The notes under the pieces were generated by a model that worked only from the letters and a program-made list of their open reading frames with translations, did not search any database and was not told the origin of the DNA. From contig CM108483.1 in NCBI GenBank assembly GCA_048537945.1, positions 9,850,715 through 9,914,714 of the forward strand: a stretch of DNA of 64,000 bases, given 5' to 3'. The stretch is from Mnemiopsis leidyi. Taxonomy: Eukaryota. Below, piece after piece: positions 23,908 to 34,600 of this stretch. Within the stretch, counting starts at the first letter, position 1. Each line of letters begins with the position of its first letter. A program made the translations under genes and the position numbers.

Positions 23908-26003
23908 CATTAGGTAGGTTCATAATGACAAAATATGCCGAAATAATTACAGTACAAAGCTAATCTGTTGCTCCCTAGGCCCAATAACCACAAAAAAAAA
24001 TTTTAGGCCCCAACTCCAACGGGAAACACCTTCACCGGCCACGCCCATTTTTTGGCATCAATTTTAACAGGTAAAAATCACTAAATCTGTGTTTTGGACA
24101 TGAAGGAGTTGATTTGAGGCTCTGGAAGTGCCATACTCAAATATAAACGGTAGGAAAAGGTTAACTTTAGTCAAACTCCCAAGTCTCTAGGATGTTGGGA
24201 AATTCGGGAAACGGGAACGCGGGGCGCGGCGACGCCCCGCGCAGCTTGCGCCTCACCTGAAGGTCCTAGAGTGATGAGACTTTCACTAAAATTAACCTTT
24301 TTCTACCATTTATATTCAAGTATGACACTTTCAAGTACCTCAGTTCACTCTTTCCTATCCAAAATGGCAATTTTACGAATTTTATGTGTTATTGTTTGAG
24401 ACATTGTACGCAAATTTGCTGTTATAAAATAGATAGTATATCATACAAAATTTACACTCATTAACTCTCATAAAAATCTAATAAAACTGTTTTAAATCCT
24501 TCTTGGTCTTGTTCCCGTACTTCCTCTGATGAGCTTCCACCACTTGTATGAGTTCTTGGAAGCTATCCTCATCCCTTGTGATCTTTGTGTTTAACCGGGT
24601 CACAAGTCCCAAAGCCCGCTCACAGGAATCGTTGATGGGAGAGAGGTTCTTCAGTGCTGTACCCAACGTCACATACTCGGGTTGCTCGTTCCAGTCAGGC
24701 TTGGAGAGGAAGTCAAGGGGGGTCTTCAGTAAGTCGAAGAGAAGAGTGGAACGTTCTCCGACAAAATCAACCAGCTCTGATTTCTGGCTGATGGAAGGTA
24801 GGGTAGGCTTCCTGATCTCGACCCATCCTGAGCTTAGTTGAGCAATCCTCTGGGCTATTAGAGTCCGGGTCTGCAGGGAGAGCTGGTCATCGAATAGCAC
24901 AAGGGGAATGAGGTCCTCAGTTAGGTACCAGGTGTGACGAAGAAGAGAGTTGATGAAGGAGAGGAGATCTTCTTTTTCTCTCTGATAGGAAGGAGGAATG
25001 ACAGGGAAGATGAAGGAATCCAGATCCAGGGAATCCCATGAGGTCTTTAGGACTTTAAAGAGTGTGACCTCGGGTGACTTGGTTTCACCGAACAGTTCTG
25101 TGAATGCTGCTCCGACCACGAGTTCGGAAATCAGAGCTGGTTGATTTTGTCGGAGAACGTTCCACTCTCCTCTTCGACTTACTGAAGACCCCCCTTGACT
25201 TCCTCTCCAAGCCTGACTGGAACGAGCAACCCGAGTATGTGACGTTGGGTACAGCACTGAAGAACCTCTCTCCCATCAACGATTCCTGTGAGCAGGCTTT
25301 GGGACTTGTGACCCGGTTAAACACAAAGATCACAAGGGATGAGGATAGCTTCCAAGAACTCATACAAGTGGTGGAAGCTCATCAGAGGAAGTACGGGAAC
25401 AAGACCAAGAAGGATTTAAAACAGTTTTATTAGATTTTTATGAGAGTTAATGAGTGTAAATTTTGTATGATATACTATCTATTTTATAACAGCAAATTTG
25501 CGTACAATGTCTCAAACAATAACACATAAAATTCGTATAATTGCCATTTTGGATAGGAAAGAGTGAACTGAGGTACTTGAAAGTGTCATACTTGAATATA
25601 AATGGTAGAAAAAGGTTAATTTTAGTGAAAGTCTCATCACTCTAGGACCTTCAGGTGAGGTGCAAGCTGCGCGGGGCGTCGCCGCGCCCCGCGTTCCCGT
25701 TTCCCGAATTTCCCAACATCCTAGAGACTTGGGAGTTTGACTAAAGTTAACCTTTTCCTACCGTTTATATTTGAGTATGGCACTTCCAGAGCCTCAAATC
25801 AACTCCTTCATGTCCAAAACACAGATTTAGTGATTTTTACCTGTTAAAATTGATGCCAAAAAATGGGCGTGGCCGGTGAAGGTGTTTCCCGTTGGAGTTG
25901 GGGCCTAAAATTTTTTTTGGTGGTTATTGGGCCTAGGGAGCAACAGATTAGCTTTGTACTGTAATTATTTCGGCATATTTTGTCATTATGAACCTACCTA
26001 ATC
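23908..26003. mobile_element. Large near-perfect palindrome: ~870-bp inverted arms (23908-~24780 and ~25130-26003) around a ~350-bp unique spacer. Possibly a long-TIR or foldback DNA transposon, or an inverted duplication.
   Basis: The sequence at 23925-24530 is the exact reverse complement of 25380-25990. The duplicated ORFs at 24548..24841 (+) and 25085..25363 (-) are identical for 76 aa. The arm tips are attaggtaggttcat. The flanks are …catcctc|arm and arm|cctcatc, a possible CCTC target-site duplication. Confidence 0.75.
24478..25130 (-). pseudogene. Transposase-derived coding fragment with a hAT-like C-terminal dimerisation domain (…DFLSKPDWNEQPEYVTLGTALKNLSPINDSCERALGLVTRLNTKITRDEDSFQELIQVVEAHQRKYGNKTKKDLKQFY*). 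A partial mirror copy lies on + at 25135-25433.
   Basis: The ORF at 24478..25257 spans the spacer and arm 1. The motif pattern (D/W…P.L..lA..L, S.ER.lg.v…R..L) resembles a hAT dimerisation domain. The first ~42 aa of that ORF lie antisense in arm 2 and are not coding. Confidence 0.4.
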
Positions 26004-26868
26004 CTCATCAATACAAACCGGCAGATCTTCAATCGGACGGGTCAAAGCGTTTATAGAGTCGTAGATCTTGTCAATACTACTTTGGATTATCACATCAATC
26101 ACATCCTTATCAAGGTCAGAAGAAAACTGTTGTCCCATGCGGGCTGATTGAGCTATGTGGATACCACCGCACTGGATCAAGTGCTCCGGAGGATCAGGAC
26201 ACACAGAGATAACTTCTGGGCGCAGTATTCCAGTCATAGCTGTGTTGTCTTTAACCTCCCCGCCTCCTCCGACGTCTGGTGAAATTGACGTTCGCCTACA
26301 TGAAACTGGTGGTAGTGCATTACGTTCAAGTTCAACAGTCGAATGTTCATATGGTAGTGAACACCTGAGTAGTTGTGTTGGTGAAGCTGACTGTGACACG
26401 GAGAAACCTGAACAGGGCGGACTTGCTGACGGGTAAATTGTAGACATTGCTGGACTTGATGATGATGAAGGTGGTGACATTGCCATGTCTGGACTTGAAA
26501 GAGACAAAGCCGGTGAGCCCAGACGACAATCATAAGCTATGGGAGGAGCTGCACACAGCTGCATCTTAATCCCTAGGTCTTTTCCCGTAAATTGTCTCGG
26601 CGTGACTGATTTGGAGGCTAAATGCGACGAGTTAGATTTGAATGAATCCGAGCTGGTCACAGTGCTGATAAAAGAGATAGTTCCAGCTGGCCCAGAATTA
26701 TGTCCGACTAACTGCGATGAAATGTCAACTTTTGATGATTCGTCTATAAACGGGTCATCTAGTTCTGAAGCCATGCCCATTCTGTGTAATGCGGCATCCC
26801 CAGCGTAAGCATCTTTGCTGCCCATTCCTAAAATAACCGGAGCTTCTGTCGATTTTGAAACCACTGAC
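25998..26868 (-). CDS. PARP4-like copy A: C-terminal exon with actin-like segment 2 (…VSKSTEAPVILGMGSKDAYAGDAALHRMGMASELDDPF…) and a Ser/Pro-rich tail. It ends at an in-frame TAG (25998-26000) that overlaps a possible donor ag|gtaggt.
   Basis: The ORF at 25998..26864 has acceptor tcctttcag. Its phase-2 junction with the previous exon (AVIR|S) is conserved with copy B (AVFR|S). Confidence 0.6.
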
Positions 26869-27048
26869 CTGAAAGGAGTTTATATATTCATAAGTTCAAA
26901 TCAATGGAAAAATGTGCATCGAAGAAAAATGATGTTTCATTGGCGAAAGGCCTATTTGGTTGTTTTTTTCAGAGCTTTGAACATCAGTTTACGCTGAGCA
27001 CAGATTTTGAATTAATTGTACATTGCTACTAGCGTTATATGAACAAAC

Positions 27049-27263
27049 CTAATAACTGCTCGTGGAGCGTCATCTCCCACAAAACCTCCCTTTATTATGT
27101 ACGATCCTAGATCTACAACCAGAGTAGAGGTGTCATCATCTTCTTCCTCAGATGAGGAGTCTGCTCTAGATTCATCACTATCAGAGGATTCAGAAACCGT
27201 AAGATCAGCAAATGTTTCCTCTGAGTTTCCCGGGGGATGAACATGCCTTTTCGTTTCTATCGC
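27049..27263 (-). CDS. PARP4-like copy A: acidic Ser/Asp/Glu stretch plus the actin N-terminal motif (…[46 protein letters not shown])
   Basis: Acceptor cacag|GCG and donor ag|gtttgt. [23 protein letters not shown] is similar to actin [24 protein letters not shown]. Confidence 0.7.
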
Positions 27264-27376
27264 CTGTGAAGTATTCACTACTTTAAAATGCACAGCTGAT
27301 AAAAATCAACGAAGAAAACCACCAACATACTGTTTAATCAGATTTGAAGAAGCCAGTAAAATTCTAAAACCTTAAC

Positions 27377-27580
27377 ATGAAGTTTCGGAACATCCGTGTA
27401 TGCGACATAAGGAAGACTATCTTCCTGCATCTCAGACAAGAGAGTCTCAATATCAACTGTTTTTTGGATAATCTCGTCTTTCTCTCGTTCTTCAACAGCA
27501 ACAAAGCTGGTAAAGGGAGATATCACTGAGTGTTCCAGGGACAACGATATAATTTCCTCTTTTCTCTTTCTCTGCTGACT
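27377..27580 (-). CDS. PARP4-like copy A exon (SQQRKRKEEIISLSLEHSVISPFTSFVAVEEREKDEIIQKTVDIETLLSEMQEDSLPYVAYTDVPKLH)
   Basis: Acceptor tttttcag and donor cat|gttaag. The paralog is the 44202..44474 ORF. Confidence 0.7.
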
Positions 27581-27711
27581 CTGAAAAAAGTGCTTTTATA
27601 AAATCTTAAAATTTGATTTCGACATGGAGTCAATACACAGCCTTGTGCTCTTACATCAGCGTAAAATAAATAATACGGGATGGAAATTGTGCCGGGAACT
27701 AAAAATTATAC

Positions 27712-27797
27712 CTCGTGTAGCCTTTGATCTTCACTCATTACCCCACTCACATAGTCTTCTATCATAGCTCTAGCAGTGAGCTTGTGTATCACACTTC
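27712..27797 (-). CDS. PARP4-like copy A exon (G-SVIHKLTARAMIEDYVSGVMSEDQRLHE)
   Basis: Acceptor ttttggcag and donor gag|gtataa. Confidence 0.55.
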
Positions 27798-27896
27798 CTG
27801 CCAAAAACCTTCATGTTAATGAACAATTTCATTGTTGAATACCCCTAATTACTTTAGTAAGTGGTTAAAAGGGCTGGAGTATAAAAAACTACCTAC

Positions 27897-27986
27897 CTTG
27901 CTTAACGTTGAGTTCCTCAACACTGACTAGAGTATCCAAGAACTGATCCCCGAGATGAGCTAAAAGGGATGCAGATCTGCAGTGTG
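27897..27986 (-). CDS. PARP4-like copy A exon (IVYGYVPHCRSASLLAHLGDQFLDTLVSVEELNVKQ-)
   Basis: Acceptor gctcag and donor g|gtaggt. The paralog lies inside the 44796..45023 ORF. Confidence 0.6.
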
Positions 27987-28163
27987 GAACATACCCGTAT
28001 ACTATCTGAGCATCAAGTTTGTGAGGTGTTTTGAGTTTCTCAAGTCTGATTTTACTATCTGAAAATCAAGTCACAGATAGTAAAATCAGACTCAGAACAC
28101 CTTATAAATGTACTTAATGCCCAGTTGTAACTAAGAAATTGACAGTAGTAAAAAAAATTAAAC

Positions 28164-28398
28164 CTGTCGATGTTTGTTGAAGAGGGAGGATATTATGAGA
28201 GGGGCTTGATTAACTCTGTCACCGCTGTTGTACATGTTCCATTTTAACTGTACTTCATCTAAAGCAGGCTCCTGACATTTGTCATACAGTTCATCGACCT
28301 TGTTCATCCATTTACCCTTTTCTTTGGGATTGAGAAAGAAGAAGGAACCACTTCCTTGTTTTGCTAACGATTGTAGATAATGCTTGTTTCCATCTTCT
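28164..28398 (-). CDS. PARP4-like copy A exon after the vWA domain (R-EDGNKHYLQSLAKQGSGSFFFLNPKEKGKWMNKVDELYDKCQEPALDEVQLKWNMYNSGDRVNQAPLIISSLFNKHRQ)
   Basis: The ORF at 28158..28460 has acceptor ttgcag|A and donor cag|gtttaa. It is 90% identical to copy B (44978..45325). Confidence 0.7.
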
Positions 28399-28521
28399 CT
28401 GCAATTATAAGTAGTTGGAAAAATGTGCTCTTGGGAAAAGAAAAGATTGTTTGAAAACAATTTTTCAGATGAGAGTAAATGAAATAATAATAAGATAAAA
28501 TAAAAATAATACTAAAATCAA

Positions 28522-28716
28522 CCTGGACAAAACTGAGAATATTCGGATATGAGAAGGAAGAAGTGTAGCTAGATTTAGTGACAGATCGGGTTGAGTTACC
28601 ACTCCGTCACTAACAAAAACCAAATTTACTATGTCCTGACTATCTTTGTAGAGCAAATATTCGTGGTATACTGAACTCCACAGCTCAGCGCAATATTCTT
28701 TCGGTTTCAGGATGTA
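28522..28716 (-). CDS. PARP4-like copy A: vWA domain C-terminal exon (YILKPKEYCAELWSSVYHEYLLYKDSQDIVNLVFVSDGVVTQPDLSLNLATLLPSHIRIFSVLS-)
   Basis: The ORF at 28465..28656 contains VFVSDGVVTQPD, the vWA xxTDG-like strand. Acceptor tcggtag and donor ccag|gttgat. Confidence 0.7.
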
Positions 28717-28871
28717 CTACCGAGAAAATTTTATCATAAATCGTCGACAAGAATTATCCAATTTCACGATTTGAAGAGAATACCGCAGGAATATAACTAG
28801 AGACACGGTTTTGATGGCCCAATTTACAAATTGATTCCACCGCGAAGCCTTAATTTCTATCAACAACAAAC

Positions 28872-29026
28872 CTTCAAAAAGTAAACAGCAAGGTCTTTGT
28901 TGGTTTTGTTTCCGACAAAATAATCAGAAAAACATTCGGTTCCATGTCCAACACCGACACTCGAAATATTGAAGAGACAGTTGATTGGTAATTGTTCTAT
29001 CAACAGCATCGCTTGTTGAACAGTAT
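28872..29026 (-). CDS. PARP4-like copy A: vWA domain middle exon (D-TVQQAMLLIEQLPINCLFNISSVGVGHGTECFSDYFVGNKTNKDLAVYFLK)
   Basis: Acceptor aacag|AT and donor aag|gtttgt. It is in phase with the exon ending at 33307, and NISSVG is typical of a vWA beta-strand. Confidence 0.6.
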
Positions 29027-29048
29027 CTGGACGTATAAGTTATAATTT

Positions 29049-29510
29049 TCCAAAAACCAATAAATTGGTTGCTCCCTTTGACCGGGGAGAGTCTCTTGGC
29101 TATTCCCTATTAGAATAAAGTGATATTCCGATTAAGCCCGGGGTAGCAATTAACGTTAACTCCGTCAATTTTCTCTCGGTCGCTTGCTTTTGAATTTTTA
29201 TGGCTACGCGTTGGTAGATTTTTTACCTCACCACTTTGCACTCTTTAATGTTTAATTTTAAAAGTATTTCTATCTTACAAATCTTCATCTGTCATCTACA
29301 ACTTCATCTAAAACTACAACTTACGAGCAAAGCCCGCTTAAATAATACTGGTAAATTTTTAAAAACTCAAAAGCAAGCGACCGAGAGAAAATTGACGGAG
29401 TTAACGTTAATTGCTACCCCGGGCTTAATCGGAATATCACTTTATTCTAATAGGGAATAGCCAAGAGACTCTCCCCGGTCAAAGGGAGCAACCAATTTAT
29501 TGGTTTTTGG
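29049..29510. mobile_element. Foldback or MITE-like element: ~150-bp perfect inverted arms (29049-29200 and 29360-29510) around an ~160-bp loop
   Basis: caaaaaccaataaattggttgctccctttgaccggggagagtctcttggc… is the reverse complement of …gccaagagactctccccggtcaaagggagcaaccaatttattggtttttgg. Confidence 0.8.
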
Positions 29511-30396
29511 AAAATTATATCATTCTTTTTTAGCGCAATCGGGAATATAGTTCAATAGATTGATCAACTTACGACAGTCATAAGACAAATTAAGAGATTT
29601 TGGCTTTTGAAACTATCAGCATCGAGATCACCGTGAAATTCTGTACTAAAATGATGGTCCACTTTTCCTTTTAGCTCAAAGTTGAAAATTCTCATTTTTG
29701 GGCAATTAAGGCCTATTAGGGCCAACTAAGGGGTGTTCTAACAGTTTTCGCACTTTAAAACTATCACCATCGGAATCGCCGTAAAATTTTGCACAAGAAT
29801 GATGGTCTAACTTTTTTTCTAGCCCAAAGTAAAAATTTCGTCTTTTTAAAATGTACTAACTTTAGGACGTCATAAATATATGATAACGTCATAAGACAAA
29901 GTTTTTACCCCACTTAAGTCAATTACTAGTTAACTGCCTTTAAAATCCGGGTTAATTCGTTGTTTTATCGTAAAAAATGTAGAAGTGACAACGATTTGAA
30001 AATGGAAAAATATCAAAAACGACGCAAAAATCCGTCTTTTTGGGAGGTGTCCATTTCATGACGTCATAAAATTATCAAAACAACACTTGAGAAAAATTTT
30101 ACGCCGCGTAATTTGTTAACTAGTATACTGAGTTCAAAATGTGCTGTGTTTCGTTGCTCTATCTTTTAAATTGTTGTCGGAAAATTAATTTGAAAATGGA
30201 AAATCAACGCCAAAATCAAAAAAATTACCAACTTAGGACAGTCATAAGACGATTTTAAAGGGCTAAATCAAAAATCGGGCTTCGCTAGTGCACAATTTAA
30301 TCGATTATCTTCAAAACGCCGTGCTTTTCAAGTCTCTATCTTTTTCATTGCGATCAGAAACTGACCCCCCGTTTTCCCGCCCCAAGCGTCTATCCC

Positions 30397-30427
<31 letters not shown>

Positions 30428-30430
<3 letters not shown>

Positions 30431-31110
30431 TGACCAAAACCCAAAACTTGGGTGTATGTGACCGCTTTTTAAAGACCCTCGATTAAATCGCTATCAAAAG
30501 TATCGCAGCTTAATAAACAACGTTATCTAAATGCGTTAAAAAGGTGTGATATCGAAAGTTCTGACCGCTATTTCTTAACTCGAAAACGGTCGCTTGCTTT
30601 GGCCGTCACGCCATTTGTCAGTTGTCAGGCTCATCAAATTGTTCGACAAAATTTTCAGCTCAAAGAAAGATTGTTAACGCTTTGTACTGAAGTTCGAATA
30701 TTCAGCATGAGGCAGTTATGAACTTGAAGTTGTTCTCTGAGCACTAAAGTGAAGCTAAAATTACAGGTCAACTTGCGGTAGGTCAATATGGACTGCCTAC
30801 AATTATTGAACTTCGGCATTTAACAGTTTAACTTAGATATAAGCAGTATTCCAATAGATTTGAAAGAAATACTCTTTAAAAATGGGAAGGTTTTCATAAT
30901 TTGATGAGCCTGACAACTGACATTAATGGCGTGACGGCCAAAGCAAGCGACCGTTTTCGAGTTAAGAAATAGCGGTCAGAACTTTCGATATCACACCTTT
31001 TTAACGCATTTAGATAACGTTGTTTATTAAGCTGCGATACTTTTGATAGCGATTTAATCGAGGGTCTTTAAAAAGCGGTCACATACACCCAAGTTTTGGG
31101 TTTTGGTCAA
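30428..31110. mobile_element. Second foldback element: ~220-bp inverted arms (30428-30650 and 30890-31110), preceded by an (AT)n tract
   Basis: aaattgaccaaaacccaaaacttgggtgtatgtgaccgc… is the reverse complement of …gcggtcacatacacccaagttttgggttttggtcaattt. Confidence 0.8.
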
Positions 31111-31299
31111 TTTATATCACATCTTTTGGTTTAAGAATGGCCGCTATACGTGCAATAACTGATAGAAGCCTGGTTTAGAACTTTGGATTTGGTGGGATGA
31201 TTGAAGCTGATGTGAAAAGGCATTAAGACAAAGCGATTATCTTTCGACCCATTGCCTTAGAGTTAGTTTAAAATGCATCCTTTAACCTGCTAGGAAGGA

Positions 31300-32260
31300 A
31301 CTTTTAAAAAGTCGATTTTCTCAATTATTAAATATTGCAAAATTTTCAAAATTCACAAACTTTTTCTTCTAATGATGACGTCATAGGGGCGTGGCCTTTT
31401 AATATTTTGAAATGAAACCTAGCCTAAAGCACGCCCCAAACAATTATCTTTTAGACCCTAGGTCGTTTTAAGCTCAATTATGTATCGTTCTTTCGTTATA
31501 AGTTGCACAAAATTGCAGACATTTCACGTGATTTTTAGTTAAAAACGTTTATCTTCATCCGCAATTATCTCGATAATGAAACAAGATAATCGACTTTTGG
31601 AAGACAGCATTCGACAGTAGAAACGATTATCTTTCGTTATCATGGTCTTCGTTTTCACTCAATCTGCATCTTAAAACAATAAAATGAACTTTGAAAAATT
31701 TGGTTTTTGAATTTTCGATAATGAAATTTTTCTAAAAATGATGACGTCATAGGGGTGTTGCCTTTTAACATTTTGAAATGAGACCGAGCCTAAAGCACGC
31801 CCCAAACGATTATCTTTTAGACCCTAGGTCGTTTTAAGCTCAATTATGTATGGTTCTTTCGTTATAAGTTGCACAAAATTGCAGACATTTCACGTGATTT
31901 TTAGTAAAAAACGCTTATCTTCATCCGCGATTATCTCGATAATGGAACAAGATAATCGACTTTTGGACGGCAGCATCTGAAAGTAGAAACGATTATCTTT
32001 CCGCATTACGATCTTCGATTTTTGCTCAGATTGCATCTTAAACCAATAAAATTAATTCTAAAAAATTTGGTTTTTGAATATTCGATGATGAAATTTTTCT
32101 AGAAATGATGACGTCATAAGGGCGTAGCCTTTCAATATTTTGAAACGAGACCTAGCCTAAAGTACGCCCCAAACGATTATCTTTAAGACCCTAGGTCGTT
32201 TTAAACCCAACTATGTATGGTTCTCTCGTTATAAGTTGCACAAAATGGCAGAGTTTGGCG
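31300..32260. repeat. Tandem satellite: ~410-bp unit x ~2.3, each unit carrying a tgatgacgtcata (CRE-like TGACGTCA) palindrome. Related gacgtcataa motifs occur at 29860-30075.
   Basis: Units start near 31325, 31735 and 32100 (…aatgatgacgtcataggggcgtggccttttaatattttgaaatga…cctaaagcacgccccaaac…). Confidence 0.8.
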
Positions 32261-32487
32261 TCTATACCCCTATATATATATATATATATACATACATATA
32301 TCACACGACAATTTGTTTGAAAATGGGGGTTCCAGAAACCCCCCTTCCCGATACCTGTTGACCTTCAAATTTTTTTTGCCATTGGTTTGGACAACTTCTA
32401 GTAGATTTGTAAAGTTTCAAGTTTCAATCTCTATTTTAACATAGTTTTCAAGACACCTGAACATGGCCATTTTTGCCAAATCGTACT

Positions 32488-32709
32488 AATTTTGTATAAC
32501 AGCGCTGGCAAGTTTTTGAACAAAACTTCGATTACTTCTATGTTACATGTTACCACTAACGGAGGCGTTTGGCCTCGGACCGCTGCCTTCGGCAGCGGCC
32601 CTCGGCCAGTTTGAGGGTAGGCTAACAGCCTCAGGCCGCTGCCTTCGGCAGCGGCCTTCGGCCGGTTTGGTGGAAGAAGAAGAAAAAACCGGTCGCGCTT
32701 GCCAGCGCT

Positions 32710-32712
<3 letters not shown>
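32488..32712. mobile_element. MITE-like element with TIRs (taacagcgctggcaagtttttgaac … ccggtcgcgcttgccagcgctgtga) and internal GC palindromes (gccgctgccttcggcagcggcc x2). A second copy lies at 32960-33190.
   Basis: The inverted agcgctggcaag / cttgccagcgct termini are present in both copies. Confidence 0.55.

Positions 32713-32780
<68 letters not shown>
32712..32780. repeat. (TA)n microsatellite (~34 units). Other (TA)n or (AT)n tracts lie at 30400-30428 and 32268-32300.
   Basis: atatatat… seen directly. Confidence 0.95.
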
Positions 32781-32781
<1 letters not shown>

Positions 32782-33306
32782 TCAGACGAAAATTACTGAA
32801 AAAATGCATTTTTTAAGGCGTTACTGCAGACGCACCTTAAGAGATAGAGACTTGAAATTTTCAGGATCACCTAGATACATACTCAAGACAAAAACTGCAA
32901 ATTTTCAAGCTTCTAAGTAATCGGGAAAGTGGTTTTCTGGATAGCCGAGTTTTGAGTTTTACGTAATCGTGTATAATAGCGCTGGCAAGTTTTTCAACTT
33001 TCGTTGAAAACTTTTTCCGAGAGGGGCGCTTGTTTGGCCGAGTCGTCGGGGGCCTTCGGCCCCCTCCTCCGGTAACGGGCCTGCGTCGGGGCCTTCGGCC
33101 CCTCCTTGGCCTAGGCAAAGGGGGCTTTGTTGGGCCCTGGCAAGTGCGGCGGAAGTTTTTTTCCCCGGTCGCGCTTGCCAGCGCTATAATTGACAAAATC
33201 GCATAGTCATATTCTCAAGACATACTTTCCATGCTCTTCTTTTCCAATTTGACGCAACTTGACATCAAGATTTACAAATAGTGGGATGATATAATTTGGA
33301 GCGTAC

Positions 33307-33544
33307 CTTTCCACTTAGACTCCATAGTCTTAGAACAGTCAACAAGAATCTTAACTCTGTTTATGTTTCCAACGGAGTTAACAGAAATGTCAGGATAAAA
33401 AGTAAGCATGGCAGCCTCCGTTTTTCCGCTCTTTTCTACCCACATTCTAGGTCGATTAACCTCGGACACAGAAATTCGAAGCTCAAAGTCCTGGTGGGGC
33501 TCCAAGACTCCTTCCCATTTGACCATAGCCAACGTGTCTGTCAT
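33307..33544 (-). CDS. PARP4-like copy A: end of the VIT domain and start of the vWA domain with a MIDAS-like motif (…RPRMWVEKSGKTEAAMLTFYPD…NRVKILVDCSKTMESKWK-G)
   Basis: The ORF at 33272..33544 has acceptor ttatttcag|ATG and donor aag|gtacgc. KILVDCSKT fits the vWA DxSxS/T consensus. Confidence 0.75.
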
Positions 33545-33678
33545 CTGAAATAATATTGCATGTTTGAAACAGGCGATTTATTTTGTACCTTAGTCCATAC
33601 TTTTCAACACACAAGTTAGCCCAAGTGCGAATACGAAATTGGCAATCAGAATAGGAGATCTAAGAATTCGATAATAGT

Positions 33679-33857
33679 ATCTATCACCTTGACGTTGAGA
33701 GAGTGTGTGTAGGAGAAGATGTTGAGGATTTTGAAAGGCATGGTTATGTTAGCTGAGATGTTGACCACTGTCCCAGATGACGTCACTAAATCAGTCTCGG
33801 TTGTCAGTTGTGTCATTTTATCTACTCCGGTACTGTTGCTGCTAAGCAAACTTGGAA
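33679..33857 (-). CDS. PARP4-like copy A: VIT domain exon (…PSLLSSNSTGVDKMTQLTTETDLVTSSGTVVNISANITMPFKILNIFSYTHSLNVK)
   Basis: The ORF at 33646..33849 has acceptor ttgttcag and donor aag|gtgata. Confidence 0.65.
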
Positions 33858-33990
33858 CTGAACAAAAGAAAAATCATCCAAACAAATCAGATCATATCAG
33901 CTAAATTTTGATTTAGAAATTAAATGATCTTTTTTATGGCAAATACTTTTAGAAGATTCCAAACCAGTAAGAAATCAAGATCAAACATAC

Positions 33991-34102
33991 CAGTAAACAG
34001 AATGTCGTTGTCTTGAACAGTGAGTTCGGTGACGTATATTATCTTGATATGAACAATGACGTTTCCAGCAGGAATATTTCCAAGAGATAAGGAGAACAGA
34101 TC
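33991..34102 (-). CDS. PARP4-like copy A: VIT exon (DLFSLSLGNIPAGNVIVHIKIIYVTELTVQDNDILFT-)
   Basis: Acceptor caatag and donor ctg|gtatgt. Confidence 0.6.
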
Positions 34103-34256
34103 CTATTGAAAAAATTACCTCAAAAAGACGATATTGCACAAATAGTATAAAATCAAACGACTAATCAAATATTGGAGCTTAAAGGAATTTCAGCCAACAC
34201 TAGATTAATGTAACAAGTCAACTAATTTTAATGAAAAAAAAATTCTCTAGTGTTAC

Positions 34257-34390
34257 CGGTTCTTCCTGCTCCATCAGATATGCCCCATGACCGGCCGCCA
34301 CTGCTTGTCTGTACTCTCTTCTTGCTTCTTCTTTCTTCTTCAGCTGTCCCACGATGTGTTTATCTCCAATGTAGGCTTCAAATCCGCTCA
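34257..34390 (-). CDS. PARP4-like copy A: VIT exon (V-SGFEAYIGDKHIVGQLKKKEEARREYRQAVAAGHGAYLMEQEEP)
   Basis: The ORF at 34218..34439 has donor ccg|gtaaca. KKEEARREYRQAVAAGHGAYL resembles the ITIH/VIT consensus (KEKEKAQKQYEKAVSQGKTAGL). Confidence 0.7.
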
Positions 34391-34511
34391 CTAGATGGTG
34401 TACACGCCATTTGCGAGGAAGAAAGAAAAAAATGTGCAATGAAATTGAATTTTTTGGTTCTAAATGGACGGATTGTCAAAAATTTAAACAACTATTGTAA
34501 CTAGTAACTAC

Positions 34512-34600
34512 CTGCACATCCATCACTCAAGGGAAAAACGAACTTTGCCTCCCGTTCTACATTGCAGTCACTGTGATACGAGTGAAGAACAATAACCTGG
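34512..34600 (-). CDS. PARP4-like copy A: start of the VIT domain (GQVIVLHSYHSDCNVEREAKFVFPLSDGCA-)
   Basis: Acceptor tttcag and donor cag|gtag. Confidence 0.55.

Noticed and set aside
25104-25433. The + strand ORF (109 aa) duplicating the hAT-like C-terminus, and the paired ORFs at 24548..24841 (+) and 25085..25363 (-)
   Set aside because: These are mirror-image consequences of the palindrome. Only the - strand version, continuous through the spacer, is a plausible (decayed) coding fragment.
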